This document shows positions 23,140 to 35,957 of a stretch of DNA of 64,000 nucleotides, in pieces; position 1 is the first letter of the stretch; each line of letters opens with the position of its first letter. The notes beneath the pieces were generated by a model, which was given only the letters and a program-made list of their open reading frames with translations, did not search any database and was not told where the DNA came from. Position numbers and translations under genes: made by a program. The DNA comes from Fistulifera solaris (lineage: Eukaryota), in the NCBI GenBank assembly GCA_030295235.1, contig AP026129.1, forward strand, positions 682,001 to 746,000. Direction: 5' to 3'.

Positions 23140-24014
23140 AAGCATAGGAGTGTGATACTGGCTTCGTTGTTGGTCGACTTTGTCTAAGGCGTCAACACTT
23201 TGATGTAAAAAATGCTAGGTTTGGCGCTGTAAAGGAAGATGAATCCAGGTCTAAACCACTCCCTAGTTTGTTCGTTAACCACTACAATTATGTCCTCTAT
23301 CCCTCGCCTCGTATCATTTATCATGGGTTTGCCACTTGCCACTTGCCATTTTCCATTTTGCCAGTTAGGTTAATGATTCTCATGTGCCTTGTAACTTGTA
23401 ACACGGACGATGGTCATCGCTCTGTAGTAGGATAATGGATGGATGAAACAAAGATAAATCAAGATGAAACAGATGTGTCGCAGTGTTCGGTAGACTGTCG
23501 TCCAAGAAAGTCAAGAATTCGTTCAGCATGTGGTATTGATTTGATAGACGTCTTAAAACGCTAGCAATAATATTTTGATGTATCTACAATCTACAACTTC
23601 ACTTTCTGACTGTGCGTTTTCGCTCATTCCACGTGAAAAACCACTTTGCTACACATTCCTACTATTGTCTGATTCACACTTAGAACGCAACAGAGTACGT
23701 AGTCCACGATCTACTACTTTCAGAACAAGAAGCGACACGGGTTTTCAATTGAGGTCCATGTTCTAAAGAATGATGCTACAAGCTTCATCGCATCTTGCAC
23801 TACTCTTTAACTCTAGTCTTGCCCCAAGTCTGGGCATTTTTCGAGCGCACGCCTTCCACAAAAGAGAGAGAGTTTCGAAGGCGGTCCACATTGGCGCTGA
23901 AAGTAGAGCAATAAAGCATAGGTTCTCCTTCCCGCCTTCCTTTCCTGCCTCAATCAACAGCCGAAAAAGCTTCGTATTACCGATTGACACAACATACATC
24001 ATTACGTACAAAAG

Positions 24015-25009
24015 ATGCAGACGAATACAACGAATCATTACAATGGGTCAGGTAACTTTCCCGAACGATTACACTACGTCTTAGACGAGATGGCGCGCGA
24101 CCATCAAGAGCACATCATGGGCTGGGACGAGACTGGTTCAGGCTTTCAAGTCCACGATCGAAACCTGCTTGAAAAGGAGATTCTACCGAAGTAAGTACAT
24201 CCTCGTCACGGTCGTCGTGCTCAACTTACCAGGGACTTAATGCTCGCCTGCTCGCCCCTCAGCTTTTTCAGACAAACAAAATACACCAGTTTCCAGGTGC
24301 GCATGAGAAGTCCGAACTTCAAGACTCGCTTGATTTTGCTGACCGCCTTTCTTTTCTCTTTATCCAGCGTCAGCTTAACATTTACGGTTTCACAAGGATC
24401 ACCACAGGTAAGTAATGCAGAGTGCAAGAAACAGGCAGGTCGATACCTGTGTGCTAAAGGCCACTATTCTTTCACATTTCAGGACCGAGAAAAGGAAGCT
24501 ATTGCCACGACTTGTTTATACGCAATATGCCGGAACTTGCTCAACAGATTCCTCGCAAAGACATCAAGAAAGGTATTCGCAGTCAAATCAGGGCTAGTTC
24601 TCAACAATCGGTCACGGCAGTGCCCAAAGATCTGGTCTATCCTGGACTTCAACACACAACATCTCGTCGCGGGTCACTAGCACAAGACCGCAGTCTTGAA
24701 GGTGTTCCGCTAAATTGGTCGATGCGGAACATTAATCGTTCACCGTCACTCAATTTGGCCTACCTTTGTGCCCAAAATGAAGGAGCCGGCCCGATTATTA
24801 ACTCTGTTACGAATCCTTCTACTTTCGGAACTTCTCTTGCATTTGCTTCTCGCCAGTTTGCCTCCCAATACAATCAAGGTAATGCTCTTTTAGGACGTGA
24901 AGTTCCCAATGGCGTTCTTCATAGCCCGCTCAGCCCCGCAGCGAATTCCCAAGACCTCATCAATAAGGCCTTAATATTGATGCGTTCCAACAACAATCTC
25001 GGCCGTTAG
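24015..25009 (+). CDS. Heat shock transcription factor (HSF-type DNA-binding domain), 3 introns
   Basis: Splicing introns 24191-24262, 24297-24367 and 24408-24482 gives NFPERLHYVLDEM...IMGWDETGSGFQVHDRNLLEKEILPNFFRQTKYTSFQRQLNIYGFTRITTGPRKGSYCHDLFIR. The ORF track does not show this gene as a unit. Confidence 0.92.
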
Positions 25010-26285
25010 ACCGAATTTTGGAAAGTTCATCTTTTTCATGAAAAACTGTGTATCGTAGCAGCAAAACGAGACGACGGAGAAGTATTTATAGTAATGTATA
25101 TTGTTTCATTTCATTGCGAGTGCTTTAGTAGCGCCACGACAGTATCTGCATCCTTTATTGCTCCGCTCCGCAGTCATCCCACATTAGCACTGACCATTTG
25201 TCTTCTCACTTCTGCTCCCTGGGATTCTTTTCTTTCATCGGGCAACATTGTTCTAAATAGTGGCTCTCAACTTTTTCCAACTGAAAGATCCTACTACGAG
25301 GTATTCTGTAGAGTTCCCCACTCATTGACCTCCAGCATTTCATGTCGAGCATTATTTCTTTGTTCCCATTACTTCTTCACACCCGAGCATCAGGAAATTT
25401 CCAAAGTGTTCTCGCGTGCATCCAACGACGAATGCGTTGAAAGAAATTAGTTTGTCGTGTGCTCGCGCTGGTTTCCACCGAAGGCTTTCACGGCTCAGGT
25501 TTTCAAACGTAGAAGTGCATTCTCGAAGTCGAACCATTTTGATTCACTTTTCTGGAAGAACCTTCCTTCCTACCAAAGGAGAAGTAAGGAAAGGCGCTGC
25601 ATCATGCGTCTCATTTGGACGGGTATCAATCATGAATTTTATTTTATTGGCCGTGGACTCGTGTTTGCAATGAACGTTGTGAGCGCTTCTTTACCCTGGT
25701 ACATTGCATCTATTACAAGAATCGCTCATTTGCGCTCTTTTTAACGCAGCGCAATCTTTTGATGCCTCATCGCAACAACTGTGGCGTGCTCGAGGCTCGT
25801 GGTATTGTCAAGGAAAGATTTTAAGGAGACAAAAGAGAAGGCAAGCGAAGGCATTGTATGTGTGATTAGTAATTGGTCTTTTTCTTGACCTTGAAGTCAT
25901 TAACGTACATTATGTGCTAGTGTCAATGTTCTTTTGCAGTATCTCGCATAACCTTTGGTGTATTTTGTATTTTGGGCTTGATGAGGGGGAATTTCTTCCA
26001 TAGGAAGTAGGAAGCCGAATGCCGCTGGCCTACATCAATCTCCTTTGGCCAGATCACAAATCACAAACCACAAACAAACCTTTGAAGTTTAGTTTGAAGT
26101 GACCTTGCGGTCTGTCATCATCGGTACCTATTATTATCCGAACGGTTCTAAACCGAAAGGTCACTGCAACCGTCACACAAAACACCATGAAATGCATGAC
26201 CGCATGACGCATTTTTTCTTATTTCACCAGAACGATTGACAAGAAATTTAAATTCTGTATCAAACATTTTCGAAAAGAACCCTGC

Positions 26286-26931
26286 ATGCATCGTTCCACA
26301 TACGCTCTCGCTCTTTTAATTTGGGCTTTCTGGCATACTTTAGGCGACGCCTCTCTCAGTGAGTTCCTTCTTCGGAGCGGCGTCCTTCTTCGTCATTTCT
26401 AACACGAATACTTTATTGCCACCAGTCGATCGACTGGTAAGTACCGCATGTGAACTTGCGGAACCTCGTATCGATGGCGATGACTTGGCTACGTGCGATT
26501 GTAACGGCAGTTTCCGCGTGTTTGGGGGACTGCGAGCCAAGCTCATGTGTACTACCAATATGCGCGTGTGCTATGAGGGCACAGCTTATTGTGGATACGC
26601 GAAAGTGGATGCCTCGTTGGGTGCTCGTATCTTTGGACGCTCAGGCTTTCTAGGAACTACCATTTCGGTCGATATGGATGAAGGCCTTCCGAATTCTTTG
26701 ACCGAAGCTCCTCCCATGACGGTGCGACTGTTTCCAGTCGGATTGAATTTCTTGTTCAATACTTGTGAAATGTTTTTGGGAGATCAGAAATGTGCCTCTT
26801 GTGTGGTATGCGAGGAAGGCGTCGAGTTTACTTACGATTGCAGCAATACCGACTTGGCGCCCGGCAATACGTTACTTTTCGTCCCTGGTCCCAAAAGTAC
26901 GACTTGCATTTCTTTCATGCCTGCGCCGTAG
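26286..26931 (+). CDS. Secreted cysteine-rich protein of unknown function (frameshift near 26360)
   Basis: Signal-peptide-like MHRSTYALALLIWAFWHTLGDA from ATG 26286 in a different frame, followed by the Cys-rich ORF 26359..26931 (TCDC, CASCVVC, DCSN). Confidence 0.6.
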
Positions 26932-28084
26932 TCTAATCGTTTCATAATTGATATCTGTAATCGAATATACTCTTACTTTCTGAGACTTTAATATATTTCA
27001 GAATCCCCAGTTGCTGATTAGGTTGAAAGTTTAACTCACTAGCCCTCTCCGTCTATTGTCGACCGAATAGACCAACACAGACCGTGATCGAACAACGATG
27101 CCAATCATCATTTGATACGATGTGCGTTTGCGGCGCGCGAGGTTACTTTCTTTCGGAATCCTAGCAGCTATGAAACGTCGCGCTGAGTGAGTCACTTGCG
27201 TGTCAGCAGCTTCGAGTCATCAGCATGATGGTATGTTGTGTCTTCATATGATGAACGATTACGAATTACTTGATGAATTCCAAATTTTTCATAAGGTTGC
27301 AAAAAAGTTGTTAGCCTGCAATGCTCGACGCTAGCTCTGATGTCATAACTATCGGACACGAGATCATGGAAAGCGCTGGCTTCAAAGTTCTACAAAGGTC
27401 AACCCTATTCGAAAGTTGATGGCCTGGAAAACAGTCTCTGACGTCAGAAGCTGGAGAAAAAGGCGATTGGCTCTCGGACTCGGAGCTCGCTTCCACACTT
27501 GACTGAGTCATCATCTGCTCGATGGAACGTGACACGTAAGACCTTGCGTAATTCCGTAAGTCGATAAGGATAGTCAATAGTCAATCATTCGTCAATCCCG
27601 CCACAAAGCACAAAGACGCGGAGCGCGGAGGAGTTTCCTTCCTCCGCTTTTTTTCATTTTTACGAAGTACAAGTAGTGACAACGGAAAAACGAGCTCGAT
27701 CGAGAATCGAGAACGACCTGGCGACGCAGAAGCCGAAGCCGAAGAAACGTACCAGGTACCAGATCGTCGTATAACGTAAAAGGAAAGCCGACATTATTCC
27801 GTTTTTATCACAGATCTGTTCTAGTGTTTGTCCGCCCCGGGCCCCGAGTCCCGATTTCGGATTTAATACGCGTACGTGTCGCAAGTACTGTACCTGGTAC
27901 ATCATAGGTTCAGGTCTTAAGTAGAGCGGTAAATTTCACGACCACCTTTCTTTTCACTCGACCCCCCTCCCCGACGGCAATTGTGATCATATTTGATGCG
28001 ATTGCATCAGCTTGTCCTCACAAAACTCATTCTCGATCTAATCTCAAGCAATTTTACATTCCTTTTAAAACAATACTGAAGATC

Positions 28085-28645
28085 ATGACTGAAGTTGGCT
28101 TTGCTGATATGATGAAAGTGCTGGAAAGCTGGCAAGCCGTCCGACAAAGAGAAGACTTCGAAGAGCAACTTGGTATTGAAACTCTGATGCTCATGTTCGA
28201 CCTCGACCCGAAGGTTCAAGAAGTATTTGGCTTTGCTCCGCATAAGAAAATAACCGGGTTGCAACGTATGGGGCTCTTGATTCACGGAAGTCAAGTTGTA
28301 CAAGTTTTCGATGCCATCTTCTCCGCCTTGGGACCTGACATCGACGAAGTACTCCTGCCCATTCTCGAAGATCTGGGAGACGAGCACCTGATATTGCGTC
28401 TATCTCCTGAACAGTTTCAATCTTTGAGCAAGGCGTTGGTGCAGATTCTTCCCGGAAAACTAGACGGTTGGTCACCGGCCCTCGAGTCGGCGTGGACAAA
28501 TGTAATGAATGCTGTCACAAGTCAGCTTGCGGAATGTGTACGTAATCGTGCTCCATTAAAAACACCAAAGCCCGTGACATCCACACACAGCAGTAATGTT
28601 GTTGTAAAGAGTTTGTCGTTTGCGACGGCTGATCGGCGGTTGTAA
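28085..28645 (+). CDS. Single-domain globin (3/3 fold, neuroglobin-like)
   Basis: A-helix ESW, CD1 Phe (EVFGF), distal E7 His (LIHG), proximal F8 His (LGDEH), H-helix ESAW. Confidence 0.88.
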   Translation: MTEVGFADMMKVLESWQAVRQREDFEEQLGIETLMLMFDLDPKVQEVFGFAPHKKITGLQRMGLLIHGSQVVQVFDAIFSALGPDIDEVLLPILEDLGDEHLILRLSPEQFQSLSKALVQILPGKLDGWSPALESAWTNVMNAVTSQLAECVRNRAPLKTPKPVTSTHSSNVVVKSLSFATADRRL

Positions 28646-29413
28646 AGTAGAAAAGTAGAATTGTAAATACAAGTTAAGTCGAATTGTTACTTATCATTCA
28701 ATAAACTCTGCTGCTTAGGCACCATGTGATTGTGCTTCGATACGCTTCAGTAACGACAGCAAGTAACACAGCGCCTTGAAGACGATCCTCGCCTTGTTCC
28801 AAACGATTGTTCGGGCGCATCCATATTCATTTTTTCCGGTTTCAGACCCACACGATCGCATAGATTTTGGAAGTTCAGATGAGAACTCTCGATGCCCAAG
28901 CTACTAAGCGCGACTTTCAACTACAAAACTAAGAAATACGCCGATATTGAAGAAAGTAAAACATTTTTAGATGGTCCAACTCTCCAGTAAATATATCTTC
29001 GTCCGACTATACGGTTTGATGAACGCTCCAAATTGGGAGGTACTCCGTACAATTTTTTTCTTCCTTTTCCAAATGTAAGGTTTGGCTTTGGATAATATTG
29101 TCGTTGCTGAAAATTAGAGTTGAGGGTAGAGAGAATGTACATTATTTCCTCGATGCTTTCGTGATTGATTATGGCAAAGCGAAGAGAGAAGAAGAAAAAT
29201 CTTCCATTTCGACCGTTCGTTTGTAAACAACGATGTTGGAAGTATTTACTTGAAGGGAGATAGTTTGAACAACTAAAATCTAAAACAATGCATTATTTTA
29301 TTGTCTAATTGCGAAAATCACCACAGGTGGTCCGGCGTAACTTTCGTTATATTTCGACATTATGTGCAACAAAAATGCAACAACGGCGAAAAATCAAAAC
29401 AAAACAAAAATGA

Positions 29414-29980
29414 TTATGCAGCGCGGGTCAGAGAGTACGAAGAAGCCACGCCAGTTCTTGACAAAGTCGAAAGGCTATTGCTGGGAGCGGTTTTCTCCAT
29501 TCGCTTAAGCATGCTCTTGACAATCTCAGCATTCACACATTCGATGACCTGTGACCAGGCGGCCCGAACATCCTTAGTCCATTCAGTGTCCATGATCGTC
29601 TCCAACACCCCCATCACAGCACCACACAAGAGGGTGAAATGATCGGGTGTTAAGCCATGCTTGCAGTGCTGTTCTCCCATTTCGGTGACGACGTCGTAGA
29701 ACAGTTCTTCGTCGGGCCCCAGGGCTGAGAGGATCACATCAAACATTTTGACAACTTGAAGACCATAAATGAGAACACCCATTCGCTGCATGCCTTGAGC
29801 TTTGACTTCCTTTTCAACGGCGAAGCCGTAAATTGGTTTAACCTGCGGATCCATTTTGAAGAGGGCAAGGAGAGTGTCGATATCGAGCTGTTCATCGAAA
29901 CCGTTTCTTTGTCTTGCGGTTTCCCACCTGTTGATAACTTTCATGACACAAGCAGGACTTGCTACTTCGATAGATGTCAT
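29414..29980 (-). CDS. Single-domain globin, paralog with Tyr at E7 and CD1
   Basis: NRW, PIYGF, LIYG, MGEQH (F8), WTKDVRAAW; aligns colinearly with the neighbouring globin. Confidence 0.88.
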   Translation of the reverse strand: MTSIEVASPACVMKVINRWETARQRNGFDEQLDIDTLLALFKMDPQVKPIYGFAVEKEVKAQGMQRMGVLIYGLQVVKMFDVILSALGPDEELFYDVVTEMGEQHCKHGLTPDHFTLLCGAVMGVLETIMDTEWTKDVRAAWSQVIECVNAEIVKSMLKRMEKTAPSNSLSTLSRTGVASSYSLTRAA

Positions 29981-31390
29981 CTTGATTTCGAAAAGAGAGG
30001 CGTAGAATGTTTTGCAATCTACTGTTGGAAGCGACTTGTACGGAACGAACAGAGGCTGTGGCAAGCAATCGGCCTTTCAGCGATCTCTCGAACTCGGACG
30101 CAGTCATCGTTCATCATCAGAATGTGTTTCCAAACGAGATTCACAGCTGAATCAGCACAGATGATGTATGATGTATGGCACAGGTTAAAAAATCCAGCGT
30201 GATCAAAACTAAAAATAGGGGTATGGAGGCTATATTATTTTTAGTACTGTACAACCTTATGTAAAAAATAGACATCAAACAATAAACAATGATTTCGTTA
30301 TGATTTCGTTTACTCTTATGGACTTATCGATTATCGATGATTCTTGAAATAACCGCCAAGACCAATTTTCAAATTTTAATGTACCAGTGAGTTATAAGCC
30401 GATAATCAACCAATCATAGAGCGTTATCGGTCATCGTCAAGTCGTCGAGAGTCGAGACTCGAGACACGCAGAACACGGAACACGGAACTCAAGACTTCAG
30501 TTAGTAATTACGGAGTAGTAATTTATGAGCCGTGGCTGGGTCGTTTTCAAAAGGCTTTTATGGTTGAGGACTGAGGACTTGAGGACGGGGGCGGAGAACC
30601 ATGGGAGAACGGCGAAACGTTGAAAGAGCTCTTTCGTCTTTTGTCCCTCATCCCTCATCATCTCTCGGCTCTCACAGCTAAATACAAAAAAGACCTCGAA
30701 AGGAGTAAAAGATAAAATACCTTTTTTTAATATCTACGCAACATTGAAAACTCAAAAAGGCGGGCTATAGCTCGGGCAAGGGGAAATCTCAACTCCACCA
30801 CACCACCCCGGCCAATAGACATAGGCAACGATTTCCTTGTTTCGATGCGACGTGGTTGCAGGAGTTCATGTCGAAAAGCCTTTTGCATGTTGCTTGATCC
30901 ATCAAAAACTTTATGTGTTAGTGGCTCTTAGACGAACAAACGAGACAACGCCGAAAGTTTGACAAGAAAAAAAACGAGTGTAAGCATGCGGTACTAGTTT
31001 CCGGGACTGCAAGAATAACAACGATTAAAAATCATGCGAAGCAAAGCTCTGTCATTGGTTGAAGACTATTTCGGTCTCGGGTGTGGTAGTTCATAGTAAA
31101 AAGTAACTAAATGCCATTAATTTATCCGGGACTGACAATGAGCTGAGTCGGATCGTAGCCGTCAAAGCTGCTTTTTATAACAGAGTCCTGGTACCGTACC
31201 GGTAATCGTCCTCGCAAAACTTGTTCGTGCTTCTGCTCCTACTTCTGCACTTCGACCATGGAGATGTCATTTGCGCTGTACTTGTACCGGCTCGAACCAC
31301 AGGCGGATCTTCAGGTACATTCATTGGCAACTATACGCTCATCTATCAAACAAGCGCTTCTTTTTCCGCTTCTCCGGCGCACAAAATAAT

Positions 31391-32026
31391 ATGGATATTG
31401 AACAAGAGCGAACGCCATTAACCAACACGGTTGAGAATCCGTACCAAGCAAGCGGCAGCAACAATACACCGGCGGCCAAAGCATTGCTAAGATTGCAACG
31501 ACTGGTGTATTTGATTTTGAGTTTGTTTGGTCTCTACAAATTACATTTCTATCGAGCTATTTTCGTTTCTGTTCGAATACGGCACCTTCCTTTTCAATGG
31601 GGTTTGGCTTTGACGATCGGTGCGTAATAAAGTAGACAGGCGTTTGTTTTCCGTATTACTTCTCTCTCTTGCAACGATACCTAACAGATTATCGCTCGAA
31701 TAGCCATGTTCCTCATCAAGGCTTACGTGGAGCTCTATCAGGGTCAATTGCATCAGCAAAGAGTCAATTATCAAAATTTCCGACAAACGACTCATCTGTT
31801 TCTGTTGCTTTGGACTGTGACCAGCGCTTGCTTCTTCGTTGCTTTATGGCCGCATTACAAATGGAATACAATCTTGGTATTGTGTTTACTAGCATTTGGT
31901 GTGGTTCTGCAATTTCTGCTACTCGTCCCCAATCCGTGGGCGCAGAATGCTATTGCTTTGGTGGGGTTGACATTCTTCTTGCAAGAATACGCAGGCTTCG
32001 GGGCCACCCAACGAATTGGAAGCTGA
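31391..32026 (+). CDS. Multi-pass membrane protein, TMEM128-like, 1 intron (31620-31703)
   Basis: Several hydrophobic helices with AYVELY...Y...CFFVALWP motifs. GT..AG intron with a ctaac branch point at 31681. Confidence 0.6.
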
Positions 32027-32201
32027 AGCTGAAAAGTATATGAAATTTTCGACCTTACATTTCCTTTCCGATCACAACAACAGTCACTAGGCCCTCTAAG
32101 CCAGGGTGGCATTCCTTCATTCACACTAAGTAAACCGCCGTAGTAATTTTTCATTGAAAGCTGAGCCTAGTGCTTGATTCTCAATCATTTTATCGAAATA
32201 T

Positions 32202-33313
32202 TTAGTTCAAAATCAACCCACTGACACCGTCACGCTCCTCGATGGCATCCCGCAAAACGCTGGGAGTTAAGTACAAGTACTGGATGTTAAAGCCTTCGGA
32301 GACAATTTCGACACGCATAGTCGTTAAAGTTGGTGTCAAGACTTCGATTTGCCGTGAAAAATTCGCAAATGTATCCCATGCTTCCGTGGGAGTAAACCCA
32401 ACAAAGATTTCATAAAGATGTGTTGTATTCATATCGACCAAATCAAACGATCCTGCACCTTCCGGTGAGGCAATTCCAGCATGAACGTCATAAAAACCTG
32501 CTACTGGGATATCCCATTCGAACTCAAACCAACTGTTTAGGACCAAGTTTCCAAAATACGCCGGAACGTCGCCGTCAGCGGGAACCAGGCTAACTAAGCT
32601 CGAGTTGGTGACATCTTCGATTCCCACTTTTCGATGCAAGAAAGGCTGTCGACGATTGGCCGGATCTACGGGTGTCAAACTTCCGCTGAACTCGCTAGGG
32701 AACATCGTAATCGTTGTCAAAGTGGAAGTGTCGCTTTCTTCAAGGGTCTCGATGATGCTGGGCATCATGGTGAGTGTTGGTACGCTTGTGCTCGGAGCCA
32801 TGCTGATAGTTGGCGTCATACCTACTGTCGGCGTAGTTGGTGTCAATGGAGTTGGCCTAGGCGGTACAGCCGCGCCTGTTTCTGTCGTTGTCACCGTCGT
32901 TACAGGTGGAACGCCAGGAGTCGAGTTCGCGGCGGTGGCGTTCGATGTTGTGGTAGTGGTTGCCGTCGCAACTGGCTCAGGTGTCGCCCCAGTAGAATTA
33001 GAAATGGAACCTGTAGAAGTTGTGGAATTAGTCGCTACCCCTGTTGCTGTTGGGCCTGACGTGGAGATAGAAATAGGTTTTGGTAACGAAAGCCCACTTT
33101 GTTGTGTAATATTTGTAGTAGTTGTACCTCCGAGAGGCTGCAACGTTGTTGTTGCCATCAGGGCATCCGAATCAGCTGTTGCGTTCGGCGATGCGATCAC
33201 GGTTTCACCCCGGGCATCGTCCGGTAAAGAAGGTCGCAAAAGCTCTTTTGCGCGCTACAGGAAGCCACCAATAAGCAGAGCACCAACACTCTTGAAAATC
33301 TTCCCTGAAGCAT
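32202..33313 (-). CDS. Secreted Thr/Pro-rich protein with one C-terminal CBM6-like module (cluster gene A)
   Basis: Signal MLQGRFSRVLVLCLLVASCSAQ from ATG 33313, with a frameshift in the T-run near 33240. Mucin-like stalk, then NSWFEFEWDIPVAGFYDVHAGIASPEGAGSF...W...GFNIQYL. Confidence 0.75.
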
Positions 33314-34606
33314 TCCTTCACTGTTCACTGAGCTAGTAGACCTATCGATTGGTGCACTTGATTCCTTTCGCAATAGATATACGTCACTCTTCTGCCAGAA
33401 TTGCTTTCTTGTTCGATTCGTTGTGCAGAGGCTTTCTAGAGAATAGAGGAGGAGTGCCAGTGCATTGGAAAAAGGTCTTCCGACGACTTTTAAAAATGTG
33501 CAAGACTTCAGGACTTCGTCCTTCTATGTTCTTTGGGGTCGAAGTCGCCGGTCGCGGAAGAAAGGTTCACGGCCACTTTAATTAAATCCTAGACAAAGCA
33601 GTGACCCTAATGTGTGGCCTGTGACGTCTATGGTTTATGACTGTGACTGGTACGGTACCTGGTCACTGGTAATCAAGCGTTCTGTGTTTGGTTTCTGATT
33701 TCTGATACACTAGAGGCGGTACGGTATCAAGTAGGATCTGTCATTCGTCATTCGGTCAAAGTCATAAGTCATTGTTTCGGAGTATCTCTTAAAGTTAGTT
33801 CTACGAAGTAGCAGTACGAACTAACCTCACGAGCAAGTATTCGTGACTCATAACTCATCACAGTCACGGAAGACTGAAAATCGGGCAAATGAATTTTCGA
33901 CATGAATAAATGAAGGGGTGCCTTGCAGCTATTATGGAAAGCAGCTCTTTACGGATTCCTTACAGGGAGGAAACAGAGAGGAAACAGAGAGGAAACAACA
34001 ACTCTTGCGTTCATTTGCTTATGAAGGGTTTATTTAGTAAACACTCGCGCACGAAAGACGTTGCAAAATGTAAGGTCTCGTTGTCTCGTTAAGATCCGTT
34101 CATGACCCATAACTGAAATCCATTCGCGACAGACCTGTTTATTATAGAACATCTAGTCTGACAAATCCAGGATCCTGTTCAAATGGGAGCCTAAGTGCAT
34201 CGTTTATGCCTCTTTCCGAATCGGATTAGCTGACGAAATTTGTGGATCGGAAGCGTGGAAACCTAAAGCATTTGGGAGTGGCCGCGCATCCATTGTGTGA
34301 TGAAGATTCTGCATCTAGCAAACTTATGAATGTTTTGAGCTTTGAAATGTTCGATACAGCTAAGATTCAAACTCTAGCTGGCTATCGTCTTGTCCTGATA
34401 CGAGAGCCAAGCCCACTGATCAATTTAACTGGCCAACGCCTATAATCGCAATTTTTGATACGAATCAGAGGGCGAGCGCGGACCGAAAATGTAAGAAAAT
34501 CACCATCACTTGTGATGGTAGAGCGCGCCAAAACTTAACACTGAAATGGGTATCAATCCTTAATCGCTTCTTTAAACGCCTTTTCCAATCGAATTGTAGT
34601 CCGTAC

Positions 34607-35957
34607 TCACGAGTCATTGTTACGTTCAGCAATCGCTTCTTTGAGATCACTGGGTTCAAAATACAGCCATGCCAAATTGAATCCAGGTGTTGTTACATTA
34701 ATGGAGTACAAACGCTCACCTTGTTCCAATAACACCTCTTGCGTGATTCGAGTATACTGATCCCAGGAACCAGACACAGGAAAGTCTTCAAACGAAGCAA
34801 TCCATTTCAACGACTGTTTCGAGGATGATGTACCATTAGGCAACCCCACTACATTTGTCGCCGTCACCGTTGACATAGAAGTTGCTGTGTTTGCACTCGT
34901 TGGACCTACGCCAGGCCTTTGTAACGTGGTTGGCGTTGCTATTGCAGCCGTCGCTGTTGCCGGCATGTCTGTAGGCATCTCCTCAACACGCATCAAATCA
35001 AAAGATCCGTCCCCATTCAAACTGGCCAAACGTACATGAACATTGTATAAACCTGTGATGGGCACGGACAATCGAAATTGCATCCAACTTGTCCAATTCA
35101 ATTGGCCGAAATTGCTGCGTCCCTCTCGAATAGACTGTTCAACTACCAAGTCATCACTTCCTGCAATGAAGTCGTCGATTGTAATGAACCTGTCAAAAAG
35201 GGCACTCGACCCAATGCGGGAGCAGTTGGTTTAGGACGTTTGGGGTTCAAACTTGTCATGCCGGGTACGTCTCGAATGTTTCCTGCAATGAAATAGAAAA
35301 ACATCCAGTTGAAACCGCCTTCACGGACGACAGCGCGCAGCTTAGCCGTATCCTGATTTAAAAAGAGGGAAGGCAAAGTCATATTCGACGTGATCAGCAT
35401 TGTTGCGTATCGTTGCCAGGATCCTGTAGCATTGACATTAGTCACGTTGGCCAACAAGACGAGTTCTTCAGTTCCAGTTTCGTTCTGAATCACATGATAA
35501 AGCAGAAAAGAACCATCACCGGAAGGACTAGAATACCTCATTTGCAATTCGTAAAAGGATCTCGCGCCTTACTGGTCGACGAGAAGCCTTTCAAATCGAA
35601 CTCGAAAAAATGAGACAATTGCAGTTCACTCAGACTTGAATGAACTTCTTTGGACCCTTCCACCACAATCCCTCGGCTTCTGTTGGTTATCTGTTCCGTC
35701 GTAATGAAATAAAAGGGATAATCGCGATTTTTGGAGGCCTTTTTTTCTGCGGATGGTTTCATAGGTGAAATTGGGGCGGTTGTTGAGTTTGAAAGCGATT
35801 GGTTTGTGAAGGAAGAAGCCGGGCTTTTTAAAGGCGTTGTTACGGAAGTGTTGGTTGTACTAGAAGCATTGCTCATCCCGAGACTCGTCGTGATCGCCGG
35901 TCGCAACGATTGAGCCAGGGCGGACTCCAGAACCATGAGCAAGTACCACAGTTTCAT
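34607..35957 (-). CDS. Secreted protein with two CBM6-like modules (cluster gene B); two frameshifts (near 35565 and 35195)
   Basis: Signal MKLWYLLMVLESALAQSLRP. Module 1: YELQMRYSSPSGDGSF...TGSWQRY...GGFNWMF. Module 2: SWMQF..PITGLYNVHVRLAS..GDGSF...SGSWDQY...GFNLAWL. Confidence 0.75.

Noticed and set aside
23770..24680. ORFs 23770..24084 and 24240..24680 as separate genes, or a frameshift in the HSF
   Set aside because: A spliced HSF model from ATG 24015 explains the region with no frameshift.
25094..25800. Short ORFs downstream of the HSF
   Set aside because: No recognisable motifs or consistent frame.
32605..33336. 243-aa Val/Gly-rich plus-strand ORF (similar cases at 40341, 42539, 45318 and 46610)
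   Set aside because: Antisense shadows of Thr/Pro-rich coding repeats.
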